A stretch of 64,000 nucleotides of DNA, taken from contig CAJINV010000019.1 of NCBI GenBank assembly GCA_905178155.1, positions 14,237 to 78,236 of the forward strand. The letters run 5' to 3'. The notes beneath the pieces were generated by a model. It saw only the letters and a list, made by a program, of their open reading frames with translations. It ran no database searches and had not been told where the DNA came from. Of the stretch, positions 1-11,670 are shown piece after piece; within the stretch, counting starts at the first letter, position 1, and each line of letters begins with the position of its first letter. Origin of the DNA: Amoebophrya sp. A120. Lineage: Eukaryota > Protista > Dinoflagellata. Both the position numbers and the translations under genes were made by a program.

Positions 1-1328
1 GAGACGAACGGAACGAGTGCCGAGAATAGGCTAGAAACGTACAACATTCGAGTTTACAGATTTTCCTTTTTGTCAACGTCAAGTCAACAAGACAAAACTA
101 AGTGTAAGTACTATGCGCAGAAAAGAGAAACAATAAAAAATACTAACACCTGCTACTAGTAGCTCTAGCACTGTGCTTTTTTGAATGCAAGGACCACCGG
201 CTCTGTTTCGTGTACCTGTACGATGGATGAAAGTAGAGTCGCAATAAAGCGAATGTAGGTGGTCTTGCAGCGTGCCGCAGCCCATGCCTGAATCAAACTA
301 GCGGCAAGTGCCGGCATGACCAAGTGGAAAAGTTGTTTGTGTTGCGTAGTGGCAACGCCAAGTTTTCAGATCGTCAGAACAAGAAAGGGCAGAACGGAAT
401 GAAATGTATGAATGTAGTAGTTCTATTTGTTTCTACCGTCTGGATCTGCTTCCTTCATTCATCCTCTGGACCAATGGACAGGATCAACAGGCATGGAAAG
501 TTCCCCTGCGGATCATGCGGTCCGAAAGCATCTTCACGATTTTGAATTTGTTTGCTCGCGGGTGACAGAGAATCTAACACTACTTTAGCGCAGTCAAGGC
601 TCGAAGCTCCTATCGTAAAATTGCTAATTTGAAGTTCCTTTGTGTTTGCACCGTCGACATGAAGAAAAAGACAATTGAAGATGATCAACGCGATCGGTTG
701 AAGAAAGTGCATAGCCGCTCTGGTGATCCACGCCTAGACACTTATCCGTCACGTTCTCGAGGATAGCAACAGTTTCTATTTTTTGTCTACTGCAACTTAG
801 ATAGGCCTGTGTCAGACGTGACTGAAAGGACTCCACCTCTACTTCTCCAACAGTTTCTAAATGCGTAGTTTATATCATTTTCATTTGACGCACGTACTGA
901 AATAGAATTAGCAATACCAAAGTAGTACTACGACAAAACACGAAAGATGAAGATCAACCTCGACCGCATCCCGGTTTTCCTGGGTTTTCTCGCGCTGGGA
1001 ATTCTGCTCACCACGGCACTGATGCAGTGTCTCGACTGGAGCTACGGGCAGGCGGGGCCGCTGGGCTTTTTCCTGGTGGTGCAGCTGCAACTATCAACTG
1101 TAAAAATGTCTGGGTCTGGAAGAATTCACGTTTGTCATGCTTGTCTGGCATGACTCTTAAATCTGTCACGCACGTTACCCAAGAGCTCCGTTTTTCTGTG
1201 ATGCAGAAGCGCAGTTTGTCATGCAGAATAGGCAACACCTAGGAGCTCAGAAACTTGTTATGCTGAGCCAGCATTTGTAGCCTCATCATGAGACGCCACC
1301 CAGCATCACAAGTTTCCAGACCCAGACA
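1..1328. repeat. Inverted duplication of 27107..28434 (runs to window edge)
   Basis: ORF track gives identical peptides at mirrored coordinates (x maps to 28435-x, e.g. 79..285- = 28150..28356+). Identity stops at 1328/27107, inside an introner TIR. Confidence 0.95.
947..1091 (+). pseudogene. Duplicated first exon of the small membrane-protein gene (26642..27488), truncated at a chimeric introner
   Basis: MKINLDRIPVFLGFLALG... is identical to 27488-; its continuation is absent because the sequence after the introner belongs to another gene on the opposite strand. Confidence 0.75.
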
Positions 1329-1343
1329 TGTTTACATTTGATA
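1092..1343. mobile_element. Introner family A, chimeric
   Basis: TIR TATC..TGTCTGGGTCTGGAA; flanks gcaac/ttttc do not match. Confidence 0.85.
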
Positions 1344-3398
1344 TTTTCTGCGACCACCGGTTTTCGCGCGTTTTTCACCAGCCGTCTCCGTGCGCAAAAC
1401 ATTTGCGCGAACCCACAGTAGAGCTTCTGCCAAAACGGGCTGCGCCGGCATTCCGCCGCCGCCTGCGTGTTGGCGGCCGCGCCGCAGAGGTGGGCGTCCG
1501 TCGGCGTGCAGAGGTAGGCAATGGCCGGCTTTTTCTTGCGCTTTTCGACCAGGGACTCAATGATGGCGTCCATGGCGACGGACACCCGGACGAACAGGGG
1601 GCCGTCCAAGTACGCGTAGGCGCCAATCACCAGCCGGTCGTTGGGCTGCACGGTGAGCAGCCAGTTGCGGATATCCTGAGCAAAAACGTCGACGTCCCCA
1701 CCCCAGAGTTGCAATGCAAATCTGCATGCCAAAAAAGTTTCTCATGCGGAGCCCCATGAGAAGCATTTTCTACCCGCGTTTTGGAATTTGTCACGCTAGA
1801 ATCAGCGCGATCGGCTAGCTTTGTGATGCTGCTGCATTAGCTAAACAGGGCTAGTACACTACGAGGGCAAACTTGTCATCCGAAACAACCAAAACTGATT
1901 GATTTATGTGGCAGATTTCCCAATCCCATCTTGACTATGGGGTGGGGACGTTTTTACATAGGATAGCGGACCTCGGGGGTGTCTGCCAGCAGGTCGCACC
2001 CGGCCACTTGCGTAAACTCCTCGGGCTTGGCGTTCTGCTTGCTCACGGGGAAGATCAGGGTACCTGGGATGATAGATGAGCAGCGGACGATTAGAAAAGG
2101 CTGCGATGTAGTTGATGCATCACAAAGCATTTTTGCAGTCTTGTATTTTTGCAGCACGAAGGAATAGGAATGGGAAGAACGACAAGAAACAGGGTTCTTC
2201 ACCTTCTCCACAACCGGTGAGAACAAGAAAGCCCAACATAATTATACCTGGCGAGTCCTTGGCAATCTTGATGAGTCTTTCCCAGATCCCGGGCCTTGGC
2301 AGATCCAAGGCTACCACGTTGCACCCCATTGCCATCAACAGAGGGTAGGGGCCCATGGCGGAACCGGCACCGCAGAGGACCACTGTGAGGTCCGACAAAT
2401 CCGTCCATTGCTCGTTTTGGATCACCTGTTTGTCAAATTTTGTGCTTGATTTCTGATGGTGACGGATGCTGTTGCTTGGTTGTCCTTCTAGTTGCTTCTC
2501 ATGCGAAGAACAACGGGAAGTAGTTCCGATCAAGAAAAACAAAATCTTTGATACTTTGCTGCAAAGAGCACCTCATTCAAATATGAAAATCGTACATTAT
2601 TCACGCATAAAAGTAGCAGGTACGTTCATCAAACTTTGTCCAGCCGACATTTCGATGACTCCTTTCCGCACCCACGCGTCGATTTGCGTCATCAAGGCGT
2701 TTATGAACTGCAAATATGTCTGGGTCTGGGGGATTGCGAGATTTGTCATGCAGTTTTTCCAAGCTCCGCCAAAGCTGGAATGCAGGGCATAGCATCACAG
2801 GTTTTGCAGCCCCTTGGTGATGCCTATTCTGCATAAGAAATACCCTCTCAGCATGGCCAGAAATGGGGACGAGCTTTTGCAAGTCATGCAACATAGATTT
2901 TTGTATGATCCGCAACACGCATGACAAGTTCGCATCCTTCCAGGCCCAGACATATTTGCAATCCATAGCGTTCCCTCGTAGCACCTTGCCTCCGTACGGA
3001 ACCTCCAGCCCGATTGGGGAGGTTTGCTTCTTCTCTCCCTTCACGATTGCCGTAAACAGCTTGTCCGACTTCGTCGAAAAGTACTTGGCCATGGCCTCGC
3101 GGACCGGGAGCTCCTTCCCATCGCGCTCGAAGACCATCGTAGTGTGCAGGTAGTCCAGCCCGTCATTTGCGATATTCAACGCCGTGTCGTAGCTTTTGCA
3201 GGCGAGCTCGGTCTGCTTCAGCACGTGGCTGCTGTATCCAAAACGCCAGTTCTTCACTTTTGTGATCTCTTCCGCGAGTTTCGCGTCCTGTTTCGCCACC
3301 GCGGCGACAAAGGCGCCCTTGTTGAGATCCGTGGTGGGCCGGGGACCGGTCGGATTTTTTGGGTCCGAAGGGAAATTGACGCCGCTAGAGCCGGCCAT
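1344..3398 (-). CDS. Conserved uncharacterised protein with Rossmann-like motif (VVLCGAGSAMGP); 3' end cut off at the inversion breakpoint
   Basis: Continuous frame MAGSSGVNF...LRGNALMTQIDAW...DLPRPGIWERL...TPEVRNWLL...KPVVAEN after removing introners at 2702 and 1672 (+5 nt each) and GT-AG introns 2426..2623 and 2064..2247. No stop reached before 1343. Confidence 0.8.
1672..1965. mobile_element. Introner family B
   Basis: TIR TATCCT..AAAAACGTCCCCACCCCA; TSD gcgga/gcgga. Confidence 0.9.
2702..2967. mobile_element. Introner family A
   Basis: TSD gcgtt/gcgtt. Confidence 0.9.
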
Positions 3399-4605
3399 CT
3401 TGGGCGAGTGATAGGGAGCAGGGGGGTTTACGAATGGAGTTCTAGTACTGGGCTATCGGAGTTTATTTTCTCTTGACCAGTTCGTGTTCCGACTTTGAAG
3501 TTTTTTCAGTACGTGCTTTGCGTTTATTCACATGCGCTGACAGTGAAGAAAAGTGCGAGAGGACAATTTGCAGGAAGAAGGCATTTTTACAGTTGAAATG
3601 TTCCTTCACTTTGGTGCTCTATTTTTGAACCTGCAGCTGCACTAAGTGCATTCATCTCTCTGCCTGCTTGTTGTGAAGGCGTTTCGGTTTGTAGGTTTGC
3701 TACATAGTATCTATCAGCAGCTTGATCACATAGATCGTTAGCCTTAGTGTCGCATTTGGGAATGCTTCTCCTCTATGCTTTTTTACGTTTTTCTCATACC
3801 AGCGGGAGCTATAAAGAAACTTTGAGAACAAAGAGAAAGACTTTTATACACGCTGAAGTGCTGACGAACTAGACGACCACGGAAGGAAGACACGGAACAA
3901 TTTTGCTACTTGCAACACCGCACCGTATTATAATACGTGACGTGCAGCCCTGCTCCTGGTCGTGCTCTTGCGCGACCTCCTGCTAGCTTTGTACGTACTC
4001 TTTTTTGTTCTGGGTCAGATGTTCGTCATCTTTGTCTGTGGTTCCGTAACAACACAACAGCAACTCTTTGTTGCGAAAGATGCGTCGGTGCTCTTCAGAG
4101 GGTTTAGCAGTTTTCCAGAACTCATAGCAAGTCACTTGATGAATAAATACCGCGAGCAGGTGGGGAGGGTGACAATAATAAACGCGGGTTGCTCGTTTGG
4201 CTCTTTATTACAACTCGCGTGTGACTGCCACTAATAAAATCAGAGCTAAATAAATCCAATGTAACGAACGAACTTCTAGTCTGCTGCACGTAGATGTGGC
4301 AGAGCAACGTGCTGTATTCTTTAAACAAAATCTAGCTTAGGTCTCTCAAAATGATAATGATATTCGATATCGGTGGCGTCGAAAATGTGATACATCATTC
4401 TGGGTCGTAGAAAAAGTACAGCTTCCCTGCTGGTGCTGGGTTGCAATGATCCAAAGTAAAAATGTGAGTGATGTTTGTTCTAGACAATAGGTTCATGTGA
4501 AACAAGATTTCACTTTTTTTGAAAACTAGTAAATTTTTCAATTTGGTAGTTCACCGTGTAGAAGTTCTATCATAGGCAATTGAAACAGCTCTATCGTCTA
4601 CGTTT

Positions 4606-7600
4606 CTAGTACCGCCCGCGCCCCCGGTCGCCACCATACCGTTCGCGACCCCGACTTTCGCGTTTCCTCTCCGCCGGACCGCTATCCCGGCGCCCGCGGC
4701 CGCGTTCCTCGTACCTTGGGGCATCACGACTGCGTCCGCGTTCCTCGCGTCGGCCGCCGCCCCGACTGTCCCGGCGCCCGCGGGGGGCACGGCTTATCGA
4801 AAGAAAAAATCCCCTCGTCCCCATAGCGAAATGGAATTCTGTGATGCAGGATTTGTGTACAGTCTTGCAGTACCAGTAGAGAACTGCAGACAGATACGAA
4901 GCCGGAGTCGGGACGTTTTGGTGTAGCCGCCTAGCAAGGCAGGCATGTCCTCCGTAGTTCATACAACATTACAAATTGCCTGCAGACCGCGGCGGGGCTT
5001 TTGGATTTGCCTCCTTGCAATACAGAGACGATTTGTGGCGTCAAATCAGCATCACAAATTTTCTGAAGTCTCCCGCCTTGGTATGGGGAGGGGAGATTTT
5101 TCCTCACAATACGGCTGTCGCGGCGGTCGCGACCTCCTCGTCTGCTCTCACGGGAGGTATGGACAGGAAAATTTTACTCAGAGCTATGTATACATGACTT
5201 GCATGACAAGCTCGGGCTTGTTTTTCAGGAATTCGAATTCAGATGCATACTAGCAGGCAAGTAAACTCGTCCCAGAAGTGCGGTCATCATAATCAATGCA
5301 CACGAAGCAAGCATGCCTTCGAAAGAACAGCTCCTCGTCAAAAGTTTCCATTCCATACTAGTCCATAGTTTGTTTTTCGCGAACCAAATCTTCCACCAAT
5401 TTTTGGGCGCCCATACGACCTGAGCAGTAGTCGTAAAAAAAGGAATTTCGTCATGTCGAAAGTGCATTTATTAGGATGCTCTTCCCAGAGACGAGCAATT
5501 AACATGCAGTAATTCTTCCTATTCCTATCCAGATCAAGATTCCAAGATTCAGATTCCTCCTTCTCAGTCTTTGAAAACAAATAAGTAAATAAAAATCTTC
5601 AATACCGACGATCTCATTCCTGCTTCCCTCCTGCAGTCCGCAGATGAGCAAGCGCTCTTTGCCATCCCGCTTGGGATCTCGGGCCAAAAAGCAGAACGTC
5701 TTCGTCTGCTCCTCCACCTTGCGGAGCTCCGTGCCCTGTTTGCCCGTCACCCAGCCGATGCATTCGTGGGGCACGGTGAACTCGTTAATATCGTCGCGGC
5801 CGGAGGCATCCACGTCCATCTTGCCGTTCTTGCTGTCGCGCTGCTCCAAGAGCCACTTGATGTAGTCCCGGCAGTTGCGGCGTCGCTCCAGGGATCCGGC
5901 AATCAAAGCGTGCTGCCCGATGTACTGATGTGGATGTTGTGGTGGGAAAAACTAAGTGCTGACTTACTTGTTGTAGTAGATCATGATCATGTTCAAGAAT
6001 TTCAATTATTCCTAGTTCGAGGAATGTTGACCACCCTGCTTGAGGTGGCGGTTGAGGAGATGAAAATCTTCACGACATCAGGCGACCTTGACGTTCTTGA
6101 CGTTGAACTTGATGGCTTTGTTCTTTATCTAGGCGACAGGAGCAAGTCCGGCACGGGAGAGCACGAGCAGCAGGTCGAGACAAGAACGATGTGCACCAGT
6201 TCTTCCTGGAGTCTAGTCAGTACTACTTTTACAAGTCGCGATGGCCTCAAACAGGTTGACAGTGATGTCGTCGCGTTGTGCGGCGCAAAAGGAGCAGGCC
6301 AAAGTAGACCACGACCTCGGCTCAGAAGGCGCGACAGCTTGTTCACGAAAGAAATAAACGTCGACGTAGAAGATCACGAAGTTGTGCCTTGACACTGCAA
6401 ATTTTCTACCCCCGAAGAAATGAATGTTGAAAAGCGTGTGCTAGTTGACGTCGATATCGACGCTCTGATGCGACGCTTCTGCCACGCCTGAACTAAGAGC
6501 TGCGACACCACCTCCACAAGCTATGCTACAGATTCTAGTCGTTCAGACCGCAGCTCAATTGCAAGGCATTGTGTGGCGGCCGTGGGGTCTTCACGTCGTG
6601 GGTGAATTAGCGCGTGCTGACTGGGCTCCTTCACAAGTAGAAGTCGTAGACTTAGTAGAGGAGGCAGATCGACAGAGGATCTTCAACAATATCAGGTTCA
6701 TGTACAGGACTGCTCAGGTAGGAGGGAAAGGGCACGATCAAGAACGAGCAGCTCTTTGGACAAAAACGAGATGTTGAACGAGGTCGCTTTAATACAACGA
6801 ACTAGAGCTGCCCCTCGTCTTGCCTCACGATCAGCCAGGTTTGTCTTCTTGCATCAAACGACCCTGAGAAAAGGTTGACAAAACGATTTTCACCTCCAGG
6901 AGCCTAATACCCTTGGAATAAACACCTACGCCATGCTCTGACTCGGACTACACAAATGAAGTCAAAAAATATGTTTATGAAAAATGCAGAAGTCCCAGCC
7001 TTCCAACCTGGAGGCAAAAACAAGGCGCATCAACGAGAGCCAGTCAAAGCGAAAAGAAACTACTCACGACATCCAAAGGCTGTACTTCTTACCTGCAGGT
7101 GGCACCCGGAAGCATTGGCGAGCTTGACGCGAGTCGAACCTCCCTTGCCCAAGCAGTAGCCAATATCGTCATCGGCCATGTACATAATGTCGGTGGAGAA
7201 CCTGATTTATTGCATGTGTTCGACTTCAATACGAGCAAAATCCAAGCGAGCAGGTTTGTCTTTCTTAGATGCAGAAAAACATCACGGGTAGGACCTTAGC
7301 ACCGAAAAATAAAATTCAAAAATAACATCATGATCTGTATACCCTGGCTTATCCCAGTCCTTTTTGTTCTGCTTCAAGTCGCTTGAGTAGTATCCCTTGG
7401 AGTGTTATGCTTTGGAAATTTGGAACCCCCCGACAGGATTATTTACCACTCGGTGAGAGATGAATTTCTGGCCGTCGCATCTTCGGATACAACAGAAGTT
7501 TGCGGTTACAGCATCCTTTGCCGCCACTGCTGCATTGCATGCAATGTGCACGACGGCCACCTCCACGGGTTCTAAAGCTAGTATCTGTAAGAAATACATA

Positions 7601-10069
7601 TGCCAAAAAATCTGCTTCCGCTGCTACCTGTGAGGATTCCAAAATTTCCTCCCATACCTTCGATTCCACGGAAGATTTGACCTTCAATTCTGCACCCTTC
7701 CTCTCCGACTCGCCACCAAAAATCGCGAGCCATTCAAACTCGGCCTTGTCGTTCTTGCTGCCAGTGAAGAACATCAGGCAGCCAAAATCCATTTCAATCG
7801 TTGAAAGGGCCGCGCGCCGGGCACCAGTGATGTAACCGACGCAATCCTGATTGGGTTGTTAGATACTAGTTGTCTATAAGGCGGTCGTAAGGACAAGGAC
7901 TTTTTGTCTGTAGCATGGGTTATTTCATCCTGGAACTTGTTTTTGTTGGATGTGGATCACAGATATTAACATCGGGAAGCGAGTAGAACACCCAGTTGTA
8001 GAGTCTCTTCTTCTAGATTGAAAGTAAAACTACGGCGGGCAAGAACTTCACATAAAGAATACCTGTGGGATTTTGAGCATGGTGCAATCATCGCGGTCCG
8101 CTGCATCTGGGACGTCGACGGGTCCGTCCAACTGGGCAAAGAGCCACTTCATGTACTGTCGCAACGTGCGGCGCTGTACCCGGTCACCTGTTGTGGATAG
8201 AAATAATCATCAGCATCCAAATCCATGTCCATCACTTGTTTCTCATGCGATGAACAAACTTCATTCTGATTTTTCTGACGAGATGGTCCAACAATGCCAG
8301 CAGCAACGCAAATATGGCTTCATCTTCTTTTACATAATTAAATTTGAACATGATCAAGTTTTTAATCTCTTTATACCCGTAAAAATCGCGATGTTTCCGA
8401 TGTACTGCAACAAGCAGCCACTGGCCCGCTCCAACTTTCTCCTGGTCGCCCCGTTCTTCCCTAACGCAAAGGACAATTGCGAGTCATCGGAAAAGGGCAT
8501 GACCCCACTCCGCCAGTCCTCTCCGTCCACGTCCCGCCCGAGAATGTCTTCCTTGTGGTCTTCGAACCAGTTCGGTACCTTGGATTCAATGGCCGACAAA
8601 ACCTTCAGCTCCGCACCGCGGCGGTTGCGGCGGTCTGCCCCAAAGATCGCCAGAGTCTCGATGGAGTTCTGCATACCGGTACGGCCTGTGAAGATTTTGG
8701 TCGTTGTTTGCCATTTGATGCAGGAGTCTTTTCATGACATAGAGATCGTTTATTCTGCTATCAGAACTTCTAAAAGGAACTTGTCATGTGGTCAAACGAA
8801 AAAGCACAGTGTCTGTCATGCACAAATCCGACAACAAGTGCAAGTAGAAGTAGAACTGCTATAGTACCTTCATATTCCGCGAAGAACATGAGAACGTTCC
8901 ACTCGTCTTCGATCGCGCGCAGGAAGTTTCTATCAAATGCAAAAGTGTCTGGGTCTGGAAACTTGTGATGCAAGAAAGGGAATAGTGAACTCACTATAAT
9001 GCGCTTCCAAGCATGACAAGTTTTTTCCATGGTTCTGAGTTGCGTACTCCGCATGAGAAACTGCGTTGTTGCATGACAGGGAGGAGGAGCTCTTCGCGGC
9101 CATGCAACACAGAGTTCAAAGTCATGCCAGGCAAGCATGACAAATCTTGCAATCTCCCAGACCCAGACATTTTTGCATTTGGTAGTTTCCGCCCTTGCCC
9201 GTGACAAAACCGATGGCCGCGTTGGGCACATCGAGCAGCGTCAGATCACCCTCGTCGTGCTCTTGTGCATTGCAAAATTATCGTTCTAGTATGAATTGCA
9301 TTACAAATTGACTTAGCATTACAAATGAAATTTGTAATGCTGTTTTACCTTGGGAAAGAGACTTGTAATGCAGAACAGCAATTACTACGAGTACGATACT
9401 TTTGCAGAGCATAGCTCTTTTTTGTTCACCACCACGGGTCCGGCCCGCTGCGCCATCAGAAACCGGGCGTACTTGATGGCCCGCTTTACGGCCGTTTTCG
9501 GTCCGGTGGCCCGCAAGGTCAAATCGTCCAACGTGATAGACTTGATGCCCGACGCCTTGCCGATTTTCACCTTCGTCTTTCCGTTCTTCCCCAACACAAA
9601 CGCCGCGTCGTTATCCGTCAGCCGAATCTCCTCCTTCGTGGTAGGCTCCTCGGTATCAAATGCAAATATGTCTGGGTCTGGAAGATTGCAAGACTTCTCG
9701 TGCAGGTTCAACATGACACGAGGTCTGGAATGCAGGATCTAGCATCACAGATTCTGTGAGATCTGTATCATGCCTATCCTGCATGAGAAACTCACTCCCA
9801 ACGTGGTCAAAAATGGACCGCTGTTGGCAATCATGTAACACAAATTTTTGCATGATCCAGATCCAGCATGACAAGCTACATCCTTCCAGACCCAGACACA
9901 TTTGCAATGCATACTCGGACACCTCCTTGCGGTCCCGGGAGCGTCGGGGCGACCGACGGGACTTCTTGCTGTCCCGCGGGGGCGGAGACTCGCTGCCGGA
10001 CAGGCGGGATGGCTGTCGGCGGGCGGGCTTGCGCGCGCTGCGGGAGCGGGAACGGGAGTAGTCGGACAT
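4606..10069 (-). CDS. Multi-KH-domain RNA-binding protein with RS/RG-rich termini
   Basis: Repeated KH GxxG-like loops (FVLGKNGKT, FVTGKGGNF, FALGKNGAT, YITGARRAA, YCLGKGGST, WVTGKQGTE). N-terminus MSDYSRSRSRS, C-terminus RDSRGGGRR...RGRGRY*. Interrupted by introners and GT-AG introns. Confidence 0.88.
4795..5111. mobile_element. Introner family C
   Basis: TIR TAT..GAAAAATCCCC..CCCCATA; TSD cggct/cggct. Confidence 0.9.
5158..5367. mobile_element. Decayed introner
   Basis: TATGGAC...GTCCATA ends; TSD lost; the best frame needs a 4-nt rather than 5-nt tail. Confidence 0.5.
7406..7656. mobile_element. Older introner, distinct TIR (family J)
   Basis: TATG..GGAAATTTGGAA..CAGG TIR; flanks agtgt/ccttc; removing element+5 gives ESKAKGYY. 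Confidence 0.75.
8931..9184. mobile_element. Introner family A
   Basis: TSD gtttc/gtttc; splits the KH loop GKGGNF. Confidence 0.9.
9264..9413. mobile_element. Introner family D
   Basis: TIR ..TGCAAAAGTATCGTACTCGTA; TSD gctct/gctct; left end TGT. Confidence 0.88.
9654..9913. mobile_element. Introner family A
   Basis: TSD ctcgg/ctcgg. Confidence 0.9.
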
Positions 10070-10142
10070 GGTGTTTTGTAGGTGTCGTGGAGGGTTTAAT
10101 ATTCCTGAACAATGTGAAAGTCGTCCTCGTGTAGTACAAATT

Positions 10143-10165
10143 CAGCAGCAGCAGCAGCAGCAGCG
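10143..10165. repeat. (CAG)n microsatellite upstream of KH gene
   Basis: About 7 CAG units read directly. Confidence 0.7.
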
Positions 10166-11670
10166 CAAAGTAGCAGTAGCGAAATCTAACTGTAGTACGA
10201 AAAGAGGTCGTCCTCGCCTTGTGGTCTTAGATGAACAAGCGCAAGTGGAATGTAGCGTCTTGATCTTGAAGTAGGTGATGAAAATGTTCTGGGTCTCGAA
10301 AAAATCCTTCGCACCAAGACTGAAGTTTTTATACGTAATATTGTCGTCGTGCGGAAATTTTGAATTTGCCTCCGAATTCGTATTTTTTAACGAATTCAGG
10401 TGAGGTTCACGTAGAAGTAGTTCGTGGAGAAATTTTTACAGGTAGTAGTTCAACAAGTTCTAGTGCTAGAATCGCTGCCTTCGCGAGGTAGAAGTTCATG
10501 AACATCGAGTGCTGGATGACACCACGGGACAACAGGATCTTTCGTTCTCTTCTATGTGTGTCGTGCTAGAAGTGCAACTTGTACGCTCATCCGTGTTGGT
10601 CGTGCTTCAAGATCAGCTACAGGGCCACGGGCGAGGTTTTCAAAAATCGGTGGAGTTCGTTGTTGGTCTAGATGATTGTGATCAGTAACGCCTTCTATTC
10701 GGAGGACCTGCAGCTACAGCGTCTACGAACTTGGTGAGGGAAAAAATAGAGGTCAACTTCAACAATGGCAATGGGCCGCAAAAGTCGTTCTTCGTGATGT
10801 TGCAATCAACCATTTGGTCTACGACGCTGTCCTTCACGGAGTGGCACCACTTAAGGGCGTCGTGCAGAGGTCTTCTTCTTCTTCTTGCAGACGAGCACTA
10901 GCTGCTCGGAGGCTGATCCGCGGATTAGGGGAGATAAGGGTCGTGAGATTAGTGAACGTCGGTCGCTTCAAACTTCTAACTTACTAGCGATGCGATCGTT
11001 CTTACAAGATAAATCGTTGTGTTTCGTATCATTCATGTAGGGAATAACACAGCTGTCATTTTGATCGTGGGCGTGTCGCAATCTTTGCTTATTCGTCGCG
11101 ATCGAGTTCGCAAATAATGCTCAGTGGTATTTTTTTCGCGCGTTTTGACGAGAAAGTAACCGGCGAGCGTGTACCTAGTTCGGATTCAGGAAACGCAGTT
11201 CTGCCTCAGCCCTGATAAGAATAGGAGAGAGACGCAAGTTTGTCGAAACCAAAAAAGTAAAAGAAGCGTATGGATAGTACAGGGGCATGATGAAAATAAT
11301 AGACACATGGAAGTCCGTGATCGTTTGCGTTTGGGGCAGGCATGCGAGTGGCCCTCTAACAATGAAAAGGATCATTATGACAACATCTGAAACGACGTAT
11401 GAAGGGAACACCGAGGCCTTCGTCAAGAAGACCCATCCTATTTCAATGAACCCCGCTTCGCGTCGGCGGTCATGGGTAGTATTGGAATTAGATTTTCTGT
11501 TCCTCGAAGAGTTGCATGCATGCAAAGATACAGAGTTGTTCAGTACTCCTGCTTAGAAAGTCCCAGGCGTGGTGTCCGTTCGAGAACAAAGGTGACTTTC
11601 CAGCAGTTGCGATTGGCGCAAATATATGAGAATTTGTTTTTCTTTCTTGTTTGGATTGTGCTGTTACTTA

